Below are positions 28,446-44,060 of a DNA stretch of 64,000 nucleotides, one piece after another (positions within the stretch are counted from its first letter, which is position 1; each line of letters opens with the position of its first letter). The stretch lies in NCBI RefSeq assembly GCF_009914755.1, contig NC_060927.1; one strand, given 5' to 3'. Below the pieces are notes generated by a model. The model was not told the origin of the DNA. It saw only the letters and a list, made by a program, of their open reading frames with translations, and did not search any database. Made by a program: the position numbers and the translations under genes. The DNA comes from the human T2T-CHM13v2.0 reference genome, Homo sapiens.

Positions 28446-28471
28446 AGAGAGAGAGAGAGAGAGAGAGTGTG
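28446..28471. repeat. (GA)n microsatellite
   Basis: agagagagagagagagagagagtgtg. Confidence 0.9.
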
Positions 28472-29599
28472 CAAGTGAGCACTATCTTTTTAAGGAGTTG
28501 GGGCTCTACATAGTGAGAAAGAATACAAAACCATGATTTGGGGGAAAATATAATAAAGAAAATTAATATTTAGAAAAGGCTAAATGAGGTAAGTATACTT
28601 TCTTAGGGCTTGGTGGGGATGAGAAAGAAAAATTAAGGGAAGATTTTGGAGACTTGTTAGTAAGACATTTAAAGGTAAATTAGTATGTGCCACCAAGACA
28701 TTGCCTATTGGGTAGAGATAGTCTTGGGAGGTGACTCTGATACAGAGCCTTTTATGATGGTGATAAAGAAGCAGAATAAAACAACAATAACATTGTTCAA
28801 GTACTCTTAGTTATGTAGAATGCTGATGAATCCTGAAGAAAGCAAGCCAGCAGAGGCAAAACAGAATAATATCTGTCATAAGATAAATAGGTGAACAGGA
28901 TAGATGATGAGACAGCACCAATATTTTGGTGAAAAAAGAAAAGACTATTCTTGGCTCTACCTATTAAGGCCCTCTCAGGGTTGTAGTAAAGCAGGGAAAT
29001 AAAAAAATGGAGGAGAGTGGTGATCTGCAGGAACGGAGTTCCCTTCATCATCCTCTGTTAAGGGGACAGGGAAGAAAAACAGAAAGCCCAAGGAGAGGAA
29101 GAAGAATGGATTAGTGATAAAAGGATAAAACAATAGAATGCATAAATAAATTGAAAATGATCAGGATCACGTGTAAAGTTTCATAAATTTAATAAAAGGG
29201 GAAAATACATGCATGCAATTTTCTGTAAGAAAAGGTCTATACTCAAATACATACAAAGGACATTAAAAACAACGAGTTGTGATGCACTACTCTATTCTTT
29301 GTGTGGCCTTAACTTCTCTAAGACTATAAAATCTGATTAATAATAGTCTTCACCTTGTAGATTTTATGTGAACATTAATAAGAATAACTTATATGAAACA
29401 TATATGTTCAGTGCCTGACACATTATAGTGTTCAACAATTGTTGATACTAAATTTTTTAAAACCTGGGTAGGATAGATGGTTTACTAAGAAAATGGATAT
29501 GGCTAAAATTGAATGAAGAAGCAGAAAACCTAAATATTCAACCATATACGAAATTAAAAGCACTATCAAACAATTTCTTCCAAAAATGGCATTGGGTCT

Positions 29600-30143
29600 C
29601 CTGGTACTTTAAAATGTCCACAAATTATTTGACACCCCTTCCCCCACCACCACTTCAAAATGTAAATGAATTAATCCCCTCCCATTGCTCATGGTCCAAT
29701 TTTACGGAATCGATTCTAACAAATAGAATATGGCAGAAATGACAGTAAACAACTTTAGAGACTAGTTAATCAGAACCATTGCTTCTGTCTTTTTGCTCTC
29801 TCTGGTTTCACTTGCTCTGGGCAAAGTAAGCTTTCACATCACGAGGACACCCAAGCAGCCCGATGGAGGACACAGGTGGAAGAACTGAGGTCTTCTGCCA
29901 ACAGCCACGTAAATGAGGCTCTTGGAGAGAATTCTCTAGCCCCAGCCAAACCTTGAGACACGGAAGCCCTGATCAACAATTTGTCAGCAACCTCACGAGA
30001 CCCTGAGCCAAAGCCACCCAGCAAAGCTGATACTCCTGGATTCCAGGACTTCACAAACTATACGAAATAATAATACAAGTTTGTTGTTTAAAGCTGCTAA
30101 ATTTGGGAGTAATTTGTTACACAGCAATATATAACAAATATAC
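29600..30143 (+). mobile_element. MLT1F-type MaLR LTR
   Basis: aaaatgtccacaaatt...gaactgaggtcttctgccaacagcc...gagaccctgagcc...gtaatttgttacacagcaatatataac. Confidence 0.8.
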
Positions 30144-31949
30144 CAAATGTTTTTAGAGGCAGGTGCTGTGTATTTTTAATTGACAGTGCATATCCCTTGA
30201 GCAATGACCCATGTCCAGGTTGACCCTGGGTTGGAAAACTGGTCCAAGCCCTTGAAGTCATTGAATTTCCCTGGGTTTCAGTTTCCTCCAATAAAATTCT
30301 GGGTTCAAAAGTTTATAGTTTCCCTTAGCTCTGAACTTCTTTGATTTCATGACTTAAAATTTCCAACTGCAATTATATGCTATGATAAACAGATTTGTGG
30401 GTGAGAGAGTAGGACAGATTTAACTGAGAAGTTATAGTCCAACTACAGCTTTGTCAGATAAAAAATTTACATAAAATATTTTCAAGGAGAAACATGGATG
30501 TCTTACTTATCTTTATTTCTCCCTGGGTCCCAGTACCCAGGACATAGAAGGTACCCACTATTGAAGGTGCCAAATATTTATCTGTGGCTCCTACTATAAT
30601 ATATGTTGGTCGTGGAGTAAAGGCTTCTCAAGTAGGGAAATAATTCTTTCTGGGCACTGAAAGTACAAGGTGTTCTTGCCATGATGTGGGAGCTCCACTA
30701 TCATTAGCATTTAAAAGGAAACACATATTAGCTGAACTACTAAATGTCCTTTATACAATATAATGAGTTTCATTGAAAAGAATCACCAGCTTAGCTAAGG
30801 AGAAATTTAAACACTTTGCCATCATTTATAAATTCAACCCTTCTAGGATGGTATTTTTAAAGATATTTTGAATGACGGAGAGAAGAAAAGTGGTAGAACT
30901 CTTTACAAAAGAAATGTAATTAGAGTAATAAAAAAAGGCAATTCTATGCTTTATGAAGATATCTTTGATCTTCTCGGAAGCCAGGGAGGCAGAGGCATTG
31001 TTGCCCATGACATTCTCTCTCCACTGTGCCTTGGAACAGGTAACTGGGATGGAAAGTGACTGCTTTTGTTAAAAGAAATAGAAAAAAATGCACAAAACCA
31101 AATCAAAAACCCACTGTAATGCAAATCAATAAGGCATGGACACACTGCAGGAAACACGCAAGTAATGGAATTGTACTTCATCTTTCTTTCAATATATCAA
31201 GATTACCCTAGACATTTGCCTTACGCATCCAACTCATTAAATTTAAATTAATGCATCATATCAGAACTAAATAAAACCATTAATTAGCATATATTCTCTT
31301 CTCTATTTTTTATCTTGGAATGTTAATGGTCATAATTCATTCACTCATTAATTTATTAATTCAGAAAGAATTTATCTAGCTCCTAAGTTCAAGGCAAAAT
31401 CAGACAGTAAATTTCCATAAACTTTTCATATAGACCACAATATCCTAAGAGGTTAAACAGGACAAAAATATGTCTGGAGTCACAGAAGGTTAAGATAAAT
31501 TTAGATGTTACATATGTACAGAGTTTACTAAAAAGAAGTGTGGTGAGTGTTAAGACTGATGTCCTGGAAGTCACTTACCATGTTTTCTCATAACTAACCC
31601 TTAAAACCACTAATAGAGACAAAAATACTATGAATTGTCCAGTTTTTCCTCAATGATGCTATCATGGTTATCTTTGTAAGACAGAAATCTGATTATTATC
31701 ATTATCTCTATGCCTAAAAGGCTTAACCAATTATTACCCTTATAGGATAGAATTCTTCCAAGGGGAGCATACTGGGACAGTAAAATGTTCATCTGGACTT
31801 ACCTTTCCTTTTTCATTCTCAGCTGTCTTCCACACGCTTCCCTTCAGTGCCCCCTAACCTATACCAGCGGCCCACCCCTAACTATTTCTCTGAGGCAACC
31901 TGGGACCTAGTCACAGTGTGTTACCTCTGTTTCTGGGACTTGTCAAGCT

Positions 31950-33710
<1,761 letters not shown>

Positions 33711-33934
33711 CAAGCTCTTTCTTAGTTTTATATTTTTGCATACTCTATTCTTTTTGATTTTATCCTCCATGAAATCTGCGTGACAATATCCTAATTAACT
33801 CTACACCCAAACTCCAAAACACCCAACCCAAAAACCAGCTTCTCATGAAAACCTTGCCTCCAGTAAGCAATTCAGTTCTCTGGTTTCCATGACATGTTGT
33901 GCATCCCTCCATGTTAATATCTGCCACATGTGGT

Positions 33935-33996
33935 TGTTTGTGCATGTGAGTGCATGCATGCATATGCATATGTATGTTTGTGTGCATGTGTATGTC
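33935..33996. repeat. (TG/CATG)-rich low-complexity repeat
   Basis: tgtttgtgcatgtgagtgcatgcatgcatatgcatatgtatgtttgtgtgcatgtgtatgt. Confidence 0.75.
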
Positions 33997-34519
33997 TTCT
34001 GCTATATTAGGACCTCCAAAGGACAAGAACCACGTGGTATTTGCCCTTGTCTCCCTGGCTTCCAGCATGGTGCCAACCATGCAACTACTGTAGTTCTTAG
34101 AACACAATTAGTCCATATTTGAATTCAAAAGCTGTAAGGTCTTCAGTCATATCCTGAGATGCTGAGTTGTAGCAATATAAGGTTTCTACTCTCTACCCTA
34201 AGGATGCAGGCAGTCTTAGGAAAAGCCATCACAACCACTCACTTAGGAGCTGAGAGTTTTTCCAGGAAGAAGCATTCAGCCCTCAGTATGAAACTTTTCA
34301 CTCCAGTATGAACCAGGGACTTTGGTTTTTGATTGCCTCATCCTTGGATTTGCTTTGACAACTTCTTGAAATGGTGTACCCAGTGATTTGGCCTCAAGTT
34401 AAATGGCAAACTCTAATTCCTCCTCTCATCTGTATGCATTGCAGTCTTTAATCAAGTGATCCCTACTCAACTGTAGTCTAAGAGAAAGAACCAGACACAT
34501 ACGTTATGCTCCATGTCAA

Positions 34520-34712
34520 GTAAAAGAATATTAGATCTAGAGCATGATCCTTAAAACCCAGTCATTTAGTTCAATCATTCATTTTACAGATGGAAAAAGT
34601 AAAGCTCATGTGTGTTAAATTAATTATCTGAGGCCCTACCATGAGTACTAGAGGATGGGGGCAAGACCCAGTTTTCTAGACTTTCAGCCAAGTGTCCTTT
34701 CCACTATATCTT
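34520..34712 (-). mobile_element. MIR SINE
   Basis: cattttacagatggaaaaagtaaagctca...caagacccagttttctagact...gtcctttccactata. Confidence 0.7.
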
Positions 34713-35340
34713 GCTGCTCCCATATTCCAGATCCTTTATTTGAATTTTCAGAGTCATGCACAGAACATATAATTTGGCTCCCACTGTCTTCTTTTATTGG
34801 AAATTTAAATTTGGATTTGCATTGCTGCTTTTCCATTCAATGGCGATAAACACTATAAATATCATCTGGGGGGAATGGAAATAAAATAAGCATCTGGAAA
34901 GAATGTGCTATAATGAAGATGTCATTGTTTGCCCATAAATGCTAGACAAAGAATCTGGCTTTTCAAAAGCAAATACATGAAAACATCTATGTCCATCCCA
35001 ACTTGTATTTGTATAAAAAATTAAAATGTACTGAAATAGGTAGATTTTCAAAAAGAGCAGAATCAAATACTATATAAAGTAAATGACTAATTATCTGAAT
35101 TGGCTGAAAGTATAATAAATACGGCCAAACATCCATTTGTTTTTCCTTCCACCCATTCAAGGTTTACTGAATAAATGATACCCCACAATTGGTGCTATCC
35201 CATCTACTAACCAAATGATATTTAGTAAGAGGCAACATAGTTTGAACCACAAAGTAAAACATCTGAGTTTGAAATCTGCTACTTATAAGCCTAGAAAAAA
35301 CTCTAATACATCATTTTTTTCTTTACTGTTTCATCTCCTT

Positions 35341-36567
35341 AACATAAACAAGCACTGTTATTTCTCCTACCTTAAAAATAAAAAGATATTTTCTTTGGTC
35401 CTACTTCTTCCTCCAGCGATCACCTCATTTCTCTGCTGCCCTTCAGCAAAACTCCGTTGAAGGACTTGTTGATACAGGAGGTTTCCAATTTCTTTCCTCT
35501 TATTCTACCTTGAACCCATTCTATTCAGGTTTTCTGCCAACATTGTTCTTATCACTGTCATCAGTGATGTTCATTTTCTTCATCTTACTTGAAATTTCAG
35601 CAGCATTTGGTATAATTCATTATGCTCCTTGAGACACTCTTCTTTTGACTTCTAGGACGCCATACTTTGCTTTTCTTTTCCCTAATGTTTATTACCTTTC
35701 AGGCTCATTTGCTGATTTTGGATTTCTTAACATTGGAGTACCTTAGATTGGTCTTTGGACCTCTTCTCTATCACTGTCTTAGAGATTTCATCCAGTACCA
35801 TGTTCTCAGTATCATCTGTATATGATATGCAATTATCATCTCTATATGTTAGTCATATGCTGATGACTCTCAAAATTGTATTTTTCTCCTAGACCTCTCT
35901 TCTGAGCTCCAGAATTCTATGTCCAACTGGCTACACAACAGCTCCACTTTGACTAATACACATCCCAAACTTAACAAGTCAACCCTGGGCTCATAATTTG
36001 TCCCCCAAACCTGTTACTCTTCCAGTCTTCCCTAGCTAATACCGGATACTTCTATTCTTCTAAAACGTACGTACATGCCTGTACTTAAAGGTCTCAAGTG
36101 TTTCCCCACCTCATTTGGGCTCTCCATGACCTGTCTCTTCTCACTGCTCTGCTATTTCTCTCATACTCTCCCTTGTTCACTCCATACCAGCCACATTGGT
36201 TCTCCTGCCCCAGGGGGCCTCTGTACCTGTCATTCCCAGTTTCTCTACAGTTCTGTCCCAAATGTCCACATGGCTCCCTCTTTTACTTTTTTTCAAATAT
36301 CACCTTGCTGAGGCCTTTTCTGGACACCCAATCTAATATTACAAGCCTGCCTTCCCATCATATACTCCTAGCTACTCTTCCCTGCTTTATTATTGGCCTT
36401 ATGTCTTACCATGAGTGCACTATATACTTTGCTTATTTATTTTGACTACTATGAAGTTCCTCAACTAGAAATTCTTTTTTTGTTCACTGTTGTATCCCCG
36501 GTACCTTGAGCAATGGCTGGCACAAAGTAGGCTCTCAAAAAAAATTTGTTCAATGCATGAATGGAAT
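35341..36567 (+). mobile_element. L2a LINE fragment with 3' end, flanked by two halves of a MIR
   Basis: Pyrimidine-rich L2 body ending tgttcactgttgtatcccc...ctggcacaaagtaggctctcaa...tttgttcaatgcatgaatg; MIR head at ~35229-35340 and MIR tail at ~36571-36665. Confidence 0.75.
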
Positions 36568-38919
36568 CAGCGATAATGAGAGTTACCTCTTAGGTAGAAA
36601 GGTAAGTAGAAAGTAAATGAGATAAGTACTTTGTACATGTTAACGCACAGTAAATGGTAATTATTTACATTCATTTCATCTACCCATGTGTATCTGTTGG
36701 AAATAATTTTTGGTGCCAACCATGTGAAGGGAAGGAGAAATTCTAACTAAAAGGGATGCTATGGAAGTACATGGTTTTGCAAGTTAGTCTCAGGCAAGGT
36801 AAATACAGCCGATGGGAACACCCTGGAGTTTGGCGCAGATAGCAAGCTCCCAGGCCTGTCTGGGGGTGGTGGGGGTGGTGAGGGAATGTGGGAGGAAAGG
36901 GGTAGGAGGAAGGCTGGAAATCATCTGAGTGGGTTCATGGGGTCTGTACATAGTCTTCTGGATGGCCCTGGGTGAGACCTCCGGGCTACACTGCTGTGTG
37001 CTGATGTCCATCTTGAGTATCCCTAGCACTGCTCAGCTCCCAGGGAAAGAGACAGGGCTTACAGTATCTGTCTGTCTCTAGGACTTGATGTGCACACCCT
37101 AAAGCAACAAAGAACTCCAAGTCCAGGGAAATGAATTGCTGCATATGTTCATATACTCTTTAATAGGATGCTTTGGTATTCAAAATACAAATCCTTATGT
37201 TGCGTAACAGCATCATAGTGCCTCTGTCATACTGCTTTTTGCCTAACACATAGCGATGTTACATGTGTTTTCATAGGTTGAAGCAAAAATGAAGTTCCTA
37301 CATCTAAAGGGTCATTATCATGGACAAAACATATCTTAAAATGAAAAAATACAACTTTAAAAAGGCACTCTAATTCTTCAAGCTATAAAGAATGCATAAT
37401 TCTCTAAAGCCTTTGTATCCAGATATAGCTATTTGATTAACTGGTATAGACACAGTTGAATAGAACTATTTTGTAAATCATGTCATCTTTGAATTTTATA
37501 ACTCAAAGGTGATTTACATGGATTTCCCTGAGTTTACTAATTGGCTTCCTACACTCTCATTAAACAGTCCTGGCAACAGAGGCAAAGCAGCTGTGTAACT
37601 GCTACCTTCCCGTTGACAGTGTGAACACAACATGGGGATATGTAGAGCAAGATACTGTAACCATGTAACATCATATAATACTTCCCAAACCTTTCCCAGT
37701 TTCAGAAGGGACACAGTGGCAACCTCTTTAGTACATGCCTCAGCATTTCTCTACAACTTGTAATTCGTTTCCCATGAGAATTTGAACTCTGCTTGTTACA
37801 CTAGTGCAGAGCCTGTAGTGTGGCTAAGAGCCTCTGACTGCACTCTTTCAAAGTGGGGACCTTAGACTCTGTTTACTACAGTATGGGATGTGCATGTGTA
37901 TAGGCATGCATAGATATGCAAGTATGTATAAATATGTACATAGGCTGTGTATGTACATATTATAAGAAAAAAATAAGCAGAAAATGACAGATCCTGATAG
38001 AAAAGAAATGAAGAAAGGGATGAAAATGAAGTGGAAGGGAATTAGCATTTATTAAGCTTCTGCTATGATCCAGGCACCCCCAAAAAAAGGCAGTGTGGGG
38101 AACAAAGATGGGGATATGCAGTTACCTAGATGTTAAGGAAAGAACTTGTAACATTCTCCTTCCTTAAAAGAGAATTCTGTAAAAATGAATGCTGGCAACC
38201 TGTCAGGGAGGGCTTTTCAAGCCATTCAGAGGGAGAACAGAAGGCTATGGGCACTGATTTTGGCTTTGTTTCCCCTAGATGCTGGGCTGCTGTCATGCCA
38301 TGAGATGCGTTATCTTTGAAGTTCTGCTGAGCAGTCTAGATAGAATGACTTAAAAGTGCAAGTCCCTAAACAGGGTTCAGCTTCCCAGAATACAAATATG
38401 CTCAGAGAACCAAAAAGAGGTTAGGAAAAAAACAGCCCAAGACATTTCCCTTTAAGCCCTAGGGAAAGCTAGTAGTATTCAAAATTAAAAGGATTCTGAA
38501 AGACTATATGTTGGAGGTTTCTGGATATTGGTATCAGTTTTTGTTTGGGGGGCTTTTTTCTTTTGTTTCACTCAGGGGGCCTCAAGATTTCTGTAACTGC
38601 ATCTTGTGATTCTTCTGAGGCATTTGCAGTGATAGGCAGAGGGGAAGGGTGACCTCGCAGAGTCCCTGGGCAGGTAGAGGTAGAGTCAAGCTTGGGATGT
38701 GACAAAGAGGGATGAAAGTGATAGCTCATTCTGGAGGGCTTCAAAGTAAGCTTTCAGGAAATCCTGTTTAGGAATTTCTGGTCAATTACAGGTTTTGCTT
38801 TGGTTGCTTTTGCTTTCTCTACTCCCACTGCCCTAATATCACATCAGATGTCCTCAGCATCACCATGTTTATTATAAGAGACCTCTCTGCCTCCACTTGC
38901 ATTTTGGGCTAGATTGCAT

Positions 38920-39364
38920 CATTCAGTCCAATTCTCCATCATTGCCTATGTCCACATTCTTTGCCATATAACTTTGCAGTGATCTCCCACTGTGGTCAGG
39001 GATCAGCTTGGCCTCTGGACTCTGGACTATGCCATATAATTTTCCTTGACCAATGAGATATTTAGGAGATATGATACAAGCACAGTATGGAAATGTAACT
39101 TCTTCAACACTGGGGCTTTCTTTTCTATCAGGAGAAGAATGACAAACATGTGGCCCTAGCAAAGCCCACCAGTCAAGCCTACTTTAGAATAGAGCCCCCC
39201 AAAAATCAACAGACGTATACATAAGCTCAGCTGGTACAAGCTGATGCACCCAGTCCAACCCCGATAAAAATGGCTGAAGCTTGCAGGTATGTGATCAATA
39301 AATGATTATTGTTGGATGACACTAGGGTTGTGTGGTTGTTACACAGCAAAAGCTAACTGATACA
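38920..39364 (+). mobile_element. Old MLT1 (H/I/J-type) LTR
   Basis: ctttgccatataactttgcag...; 3' end ggttgttacacagcaaaagctaactgataca. Confidence 0.7.
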
Positions 39365-39468
39365 AGTGCTGTTTGGTCTATGTTCCTCATGTCTCCCAGA
39401 GTCATATTCCTAAAATGGAACTACAATGATCTTAAAATTATTTTGCCTAGGACCCTTCAATGACTTCT

Positions 39469-39891
39469 TGTTATGGGCTGAACTGTGCTCCTCCAAAATT
39501 CATATGTTGAAGTCCTAAACCCCAGTAGCTCAAAATGTGACTTTACTTGGAAACGGAGTCATTGTAAATGTAATCAGCTAAGATGAGGTCATACCAGAGT
39601 ATGGTAGCCCCTAACTCAATATGACCCGTGTCCTTACAAAAAGAGGAAATTTGGTGGTAGACATGCATGCAGGGAGAATGCTACATGAACACTAAGGCAG
39701 AGATTGGGGTGGATGTGTCTAGAAGCCAAAGAACACTAAAGATTCCAGAAATCTTCCAGAGGCTAAGAGAGAGAGAGATAGAACAGATTCTCCTCCACAG
39801 CCCTCAAAAGGAGCTATCCTGCCAATACCTTGATCTCAGACTCTGGCCTCCAGAACTCCAAGACAATACATTCCCGTTATGTAAGCCACTC
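39469..39891 (+). mobile_element. MLT1C/MLT1B MaLR LTR, 3' end missing, within an L2 relic
   Basis: tgttatgggctgaactgtg...aaattcatatgttgaagtccta...aaggcagagattgggg...ctggcctccagaact; L2-like sequence on both sides, to ~40430. Confidence 0.8.
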
Positions 39892-42800
39892 CCCATTACC
39901 TATAGGTTATAGTCTAAAGTCCTTCACAAGATACGTAAGTCATTTCATGAGTTGGTCTCTGCTGTCACTGTATCCCACTTGCTTTAGCCTTGCCCCATTC
40001 ACAAGCCATGCTGAACTATTTACAGAGCTTCCACTGGCTGCTCAAGAGATATTGTTCATGCTGATCCCTTGGCCTCAAATGCCCTTGTGGCTACCTTCTA
40101 CCCTCTAGTAGACCCCAGATCTTTACCTAGTTAACTTCTATTTATATTTCAAGCTCCAGGTTGGGCATCATCTCTGGAAACTTTCTCCTGACTTTCTCAA
40201 TCCTAACTGTAGGGTGATGTCCTACTAAAGCTCCTTATGCACACTATAGACGTATTTCTATGACAATACTTATAAAATTGTGGCAAGTTGTTTGCTACAC
40301 ATCTGTGTCCTCAGAAACAGTCTTGATAACGAACCTCTTGAAGGCAGGGCCATAAACTATCTGTTCTTGTATTCCTAGTAGCTAGCATGGTGCTTGGCGC
40401 AGAGTGGCTGTGCAGCAAATGTCTGTGGAAAGAATCTGTGTGTTTATGTGGAAATATCCAAACAGATGTGTTCTTGGCATAAGGGAGATATATTCTGCTT
40501 GTGTGACAACTGGCAGTTGAGTTTGCTTGGCATCAAAAGCACCCAATTAAAGACCAAACCTCACTTCCTTCTTTTTCTTCATTTCCTTCTTTCTCTATAA
40601 CTACACAATCTCACATGCCTTATAATGCTTTTAGATGTAAGTGACTGTGAATTATTACCAACTGTATGCCTTTCATCTTTAAGACTGACAGTCTAAGTTC
40701 AACATCTCTCAGGAGGGAGAGACTATTATAACTATATTTTTGCTTACCAAGAGAATTGTTAATGGTTATCCTGGAGGGAAAAAAATCTATAAATATCCAA
40801 CTCGTAATGAAGCCTTAAGCTTACATTCTTCCTTTACTAATGAAACTCTTTCTGACTATACTGCCAGAATTGCTACATAACCATTTCACTGAGAAAAGAG
40901 ACCAAGTCTGTAGTAAATTTTTTCTTTTACCTGTTTAGTTCTTATTTTGGAATCCGAAGACAGATTGTTGTAGGTATAATGTGCTTGTGTGACTCCACAG
41001 AAGAGAACAGCAACTATCCCTGAAATTAAAAAAACAGATCAGTCAAAACCAATTTTTCTTTTCCATCCAAGTCAAAGGTTAGGGCTATTCCAGTTGGAAA
41101 ATAGACTTGGTGTCAGTAGAGTTAAAACTGCTAGTAGTTACCATGATAATGCAACCTAGGTAAATCTTGCACTTGCTTTAAACAGGGTTTAAACAGGGTC
41201 CTGAAGGATTAAACCTAAAGAAAAACATTAAGAAGTAGATTCTAAATAAACATGAGAAGTAGATTCTTCCTGGAGATAAACAGGTCCCTGTTCATGAGCT
41301 AGAAAAGTTATATTTGAAAACATGAACAAAAGACTCCATAGCCAACCCTGGGTTTTTCATAGCCAGTGCCAACTACTTTGCTGGATTTTATACTAAATAC
41401 TGGCATATTTTCTGAAAGATATTTGCTTTCCGCTGTATACTTTGGGTAGCCTAAAGAAGTTCCTGTCATACCATAATTTAGTATTAAAAGTCATGAGTGA
41501 CAAACCTAAGACATCCACAAGGGTTTTGCTGCCCCTGCCAACGCTCCTACTTGCCAAGCAAGAGAAAGGAGACCTTGTTTTCTCCTGTGCCTCTTTGGAA
41601 AGGCTGGGTGCTCTGTCCTGCTGCCAAACACACCCAAGGCATTCACTCCTTGAAAGTAAACTGGTCTGTTCTTGTGTGATTCCTACCAACAGTGGACCTT
41701 CAGTTGCTTCTTGACATCTGCAGGGTTTAGTTTTAAACCACATATCAGCTTTAAATGTGACATGAAGTCACACATACACTAGATGCTTTCTGGAGACAGA
41801 GGAAGAGCGACCATGAGACCGACATGCTATCTGTCCCTGGGCTCTGTTATTCTCTGTGTTATTGTCCCTGGGCTGGAGTGGGGAAGCAGTGGGAGCTTGC
41901 ACTGTACTTTGGGTTAAAGATTAGCTCAATTGTGGGAAATTGGGCATAGAGGAGGGCTTTGGGAAAAATGCAAGATATAAGTATTCCTCGACTCAGACCA
42001 AGGGGATTGAATTGAATTTTAAGCAGCAAAATCTTTCCAACTAAAAACACTCATAAATTAAATGCTGATGATTCTTAAGAGTATAGAGATATGTGAACTG
42101 AATACTGACATTTCAAGTGAATCTGCAACAAAGAATTTTAAAGAACTGAGCTTTAAAAAAATATGTAGACTATATGCTTCTATTTACATGTTGGTTATTT
42201 TTCAGGTCAGCATTGGATAAAACATTGCTAACACATATTTGCATAAATGTGTAAAATCTACATGACTTATTGTCTTTTAACATTATGCTTCAAAATTTTA
42301 GACAAAAGAATAAAACAAGTAGGAAATTTTACCATGAAATATCTATTCAGTAGGCAATTCAACAGATTTTTGGTAACTTCTCAGTTTCTTAGCATCTCTT
42401 CAGAAATTCTAAGGCAAAAATTCTTATAAACTATTTTACTATTCACAGAATTTCTATTTTAAAAAGCAACAAATACCAGGGAAACTTTTAGTGTGCTGAA
42501 GCACTAAGTACTTCAAAGCACAAGGAGGATTACCCTGTATACTGTTTTGGCATAAATCATTTCTCTTTATTTATTTAAAAATGTGGCCTATGTCTGTCTA
42601 GTGTGTAGTCTATTGGGGGTTTTCTGGGTGAGGTTTTGCTGACCTGTTCACTGTTTTGACTAGATATTGATCTGTAGAGAAGTAGTGAATAAAAGGGCAG
42701 GTGTGTCTGTGTATGGATAGCAAATAAATTCATTGTAAGAACAAGAATAGGTAACAAAGAAGTGTTACAAAGGATAAGGAAGGGACTAAGATTGTCTGAA

Positions 42801-42899
42801 TACCTACTGTGGGCCAAGAACAGTGCTTGTTTAATTTACATCTTCTTATTTACTGCAGTGAGTTACTATCTCACAACAGGCTCACAATGATTAAGCAGC

Positions 42900-44060
42900 C
42901 TCTCCCACTGCCTTCTCCTTTTTAGTAATAGCATCCATTCTTTTTGCTGCCCAGGGGGAAACTTTGGGACCACCCTAAGTGCACCTCTCACTGCAAATCA
43001 GCAATTTTGTTTACTTGTCCTTCAAAATGCACCTTGAACCCAAACACTTCTCAACATCTCCATCCCTAGCATCCCTTTCCAAGCCCCCATAACCTTTGGC
43101 CTGGATTACAACGATAGCTTCCTAACTGGCCTCCCTGCCTCCCATGGTAGCCCCTAGCAATAACGCTTCTTTAAAAACTAGTCAGACCATGTCTGGCCTT
43201 TGCTCAAAACTTTGTAATGGATTCCTGTGGCTTAAAAGGTCCTGCAAGATCTCTTCCTGCCCCTTCCCCACTCCCCACAACTTGCTGACCTCTTCTCTGA
43301 CCACTCCCCACCGCCTTACCTTTCAATATCCTCTCTAAGTATGTTCTGCCAGGGGCCCTTGCACTTCCTTCCAGGTCCCACTGTTTGGAATGCTCTGCAG
43401 ATATCCACATGGCTCCTTCCCTCCTTCAGATATCTGTTTAGATGTTACATGAGCAGACAGGTCTTCTCCATCCACTCTGTACAAATTGTTCAGTCTCATC
43501 ATTCTCTACTTGCTTTATTTTTTTCCTGTACTATATCTTGCTACTTGATATTTTATATATTTATGTGTTTATTTTCTGCCTTCCTGCATGATATGGTTTG
43601 GCTGTGTCCCCACCCAAATCTCATCTTGTTGTAGTTCTCATAATTCCCACATGTTGTGGGAGGGACCTGGTAGGAGATAATTGAATCATGGGGGAAGCTT
43701 CCCTCATACTGTTCTCTTGGTAGTGAATAAGTCTCATGAGATCTGATGATTTTATAAGGGGTTTCCCCTTTCACTTGGCTGTCATATCTCTCTTGTCTGC
43801 TGCCATGTAAGATGTGCCTTTCACCTTCCACCATGATTGTGAGGCCTCCCCAGCTACGTGGAACTTTGAGTCCATTAAACCTCTTTTTCTTTATAAATTA
43901 TCCAGTCTTGAACATATCTTTATCAGCAGCATGAAAATAGACGAATACACTGTAACACAAGGCAAAGCTCATTGAAGACAGAGGGATTCCTTGATTCCTA
44001 ATGATTAGAGCAGTACCAGGCACATGGTAGGCACTCCGTATTTGTTGAATAAATAAGTGA
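42900..44060 (+). mobile_element. L2 fragment interrupted by a THE1 LTR
   Basis: gcctggattacaacgatagcttcctaactggcctccctgcc; after the LTR, ccaggcacatggtaggcactccgtatttgttgaataaataa. Confidence 0.75.
43589..43949 (+). mobile_element. THE1C-like MaLR solo LTR
   Basis: tgatatggtttggctgtgtccccacccaaatctcatc...gacgaataca; TSD ctgca/ctgta at 43584-43588 and 43950-43954. Confidence 0.92.

Noticed and set aside
41177-41267. Short direct repeats tttaaacaggg x2 and agaagtagattct x2
   Set aside because: Local micro-duplications with no array structure
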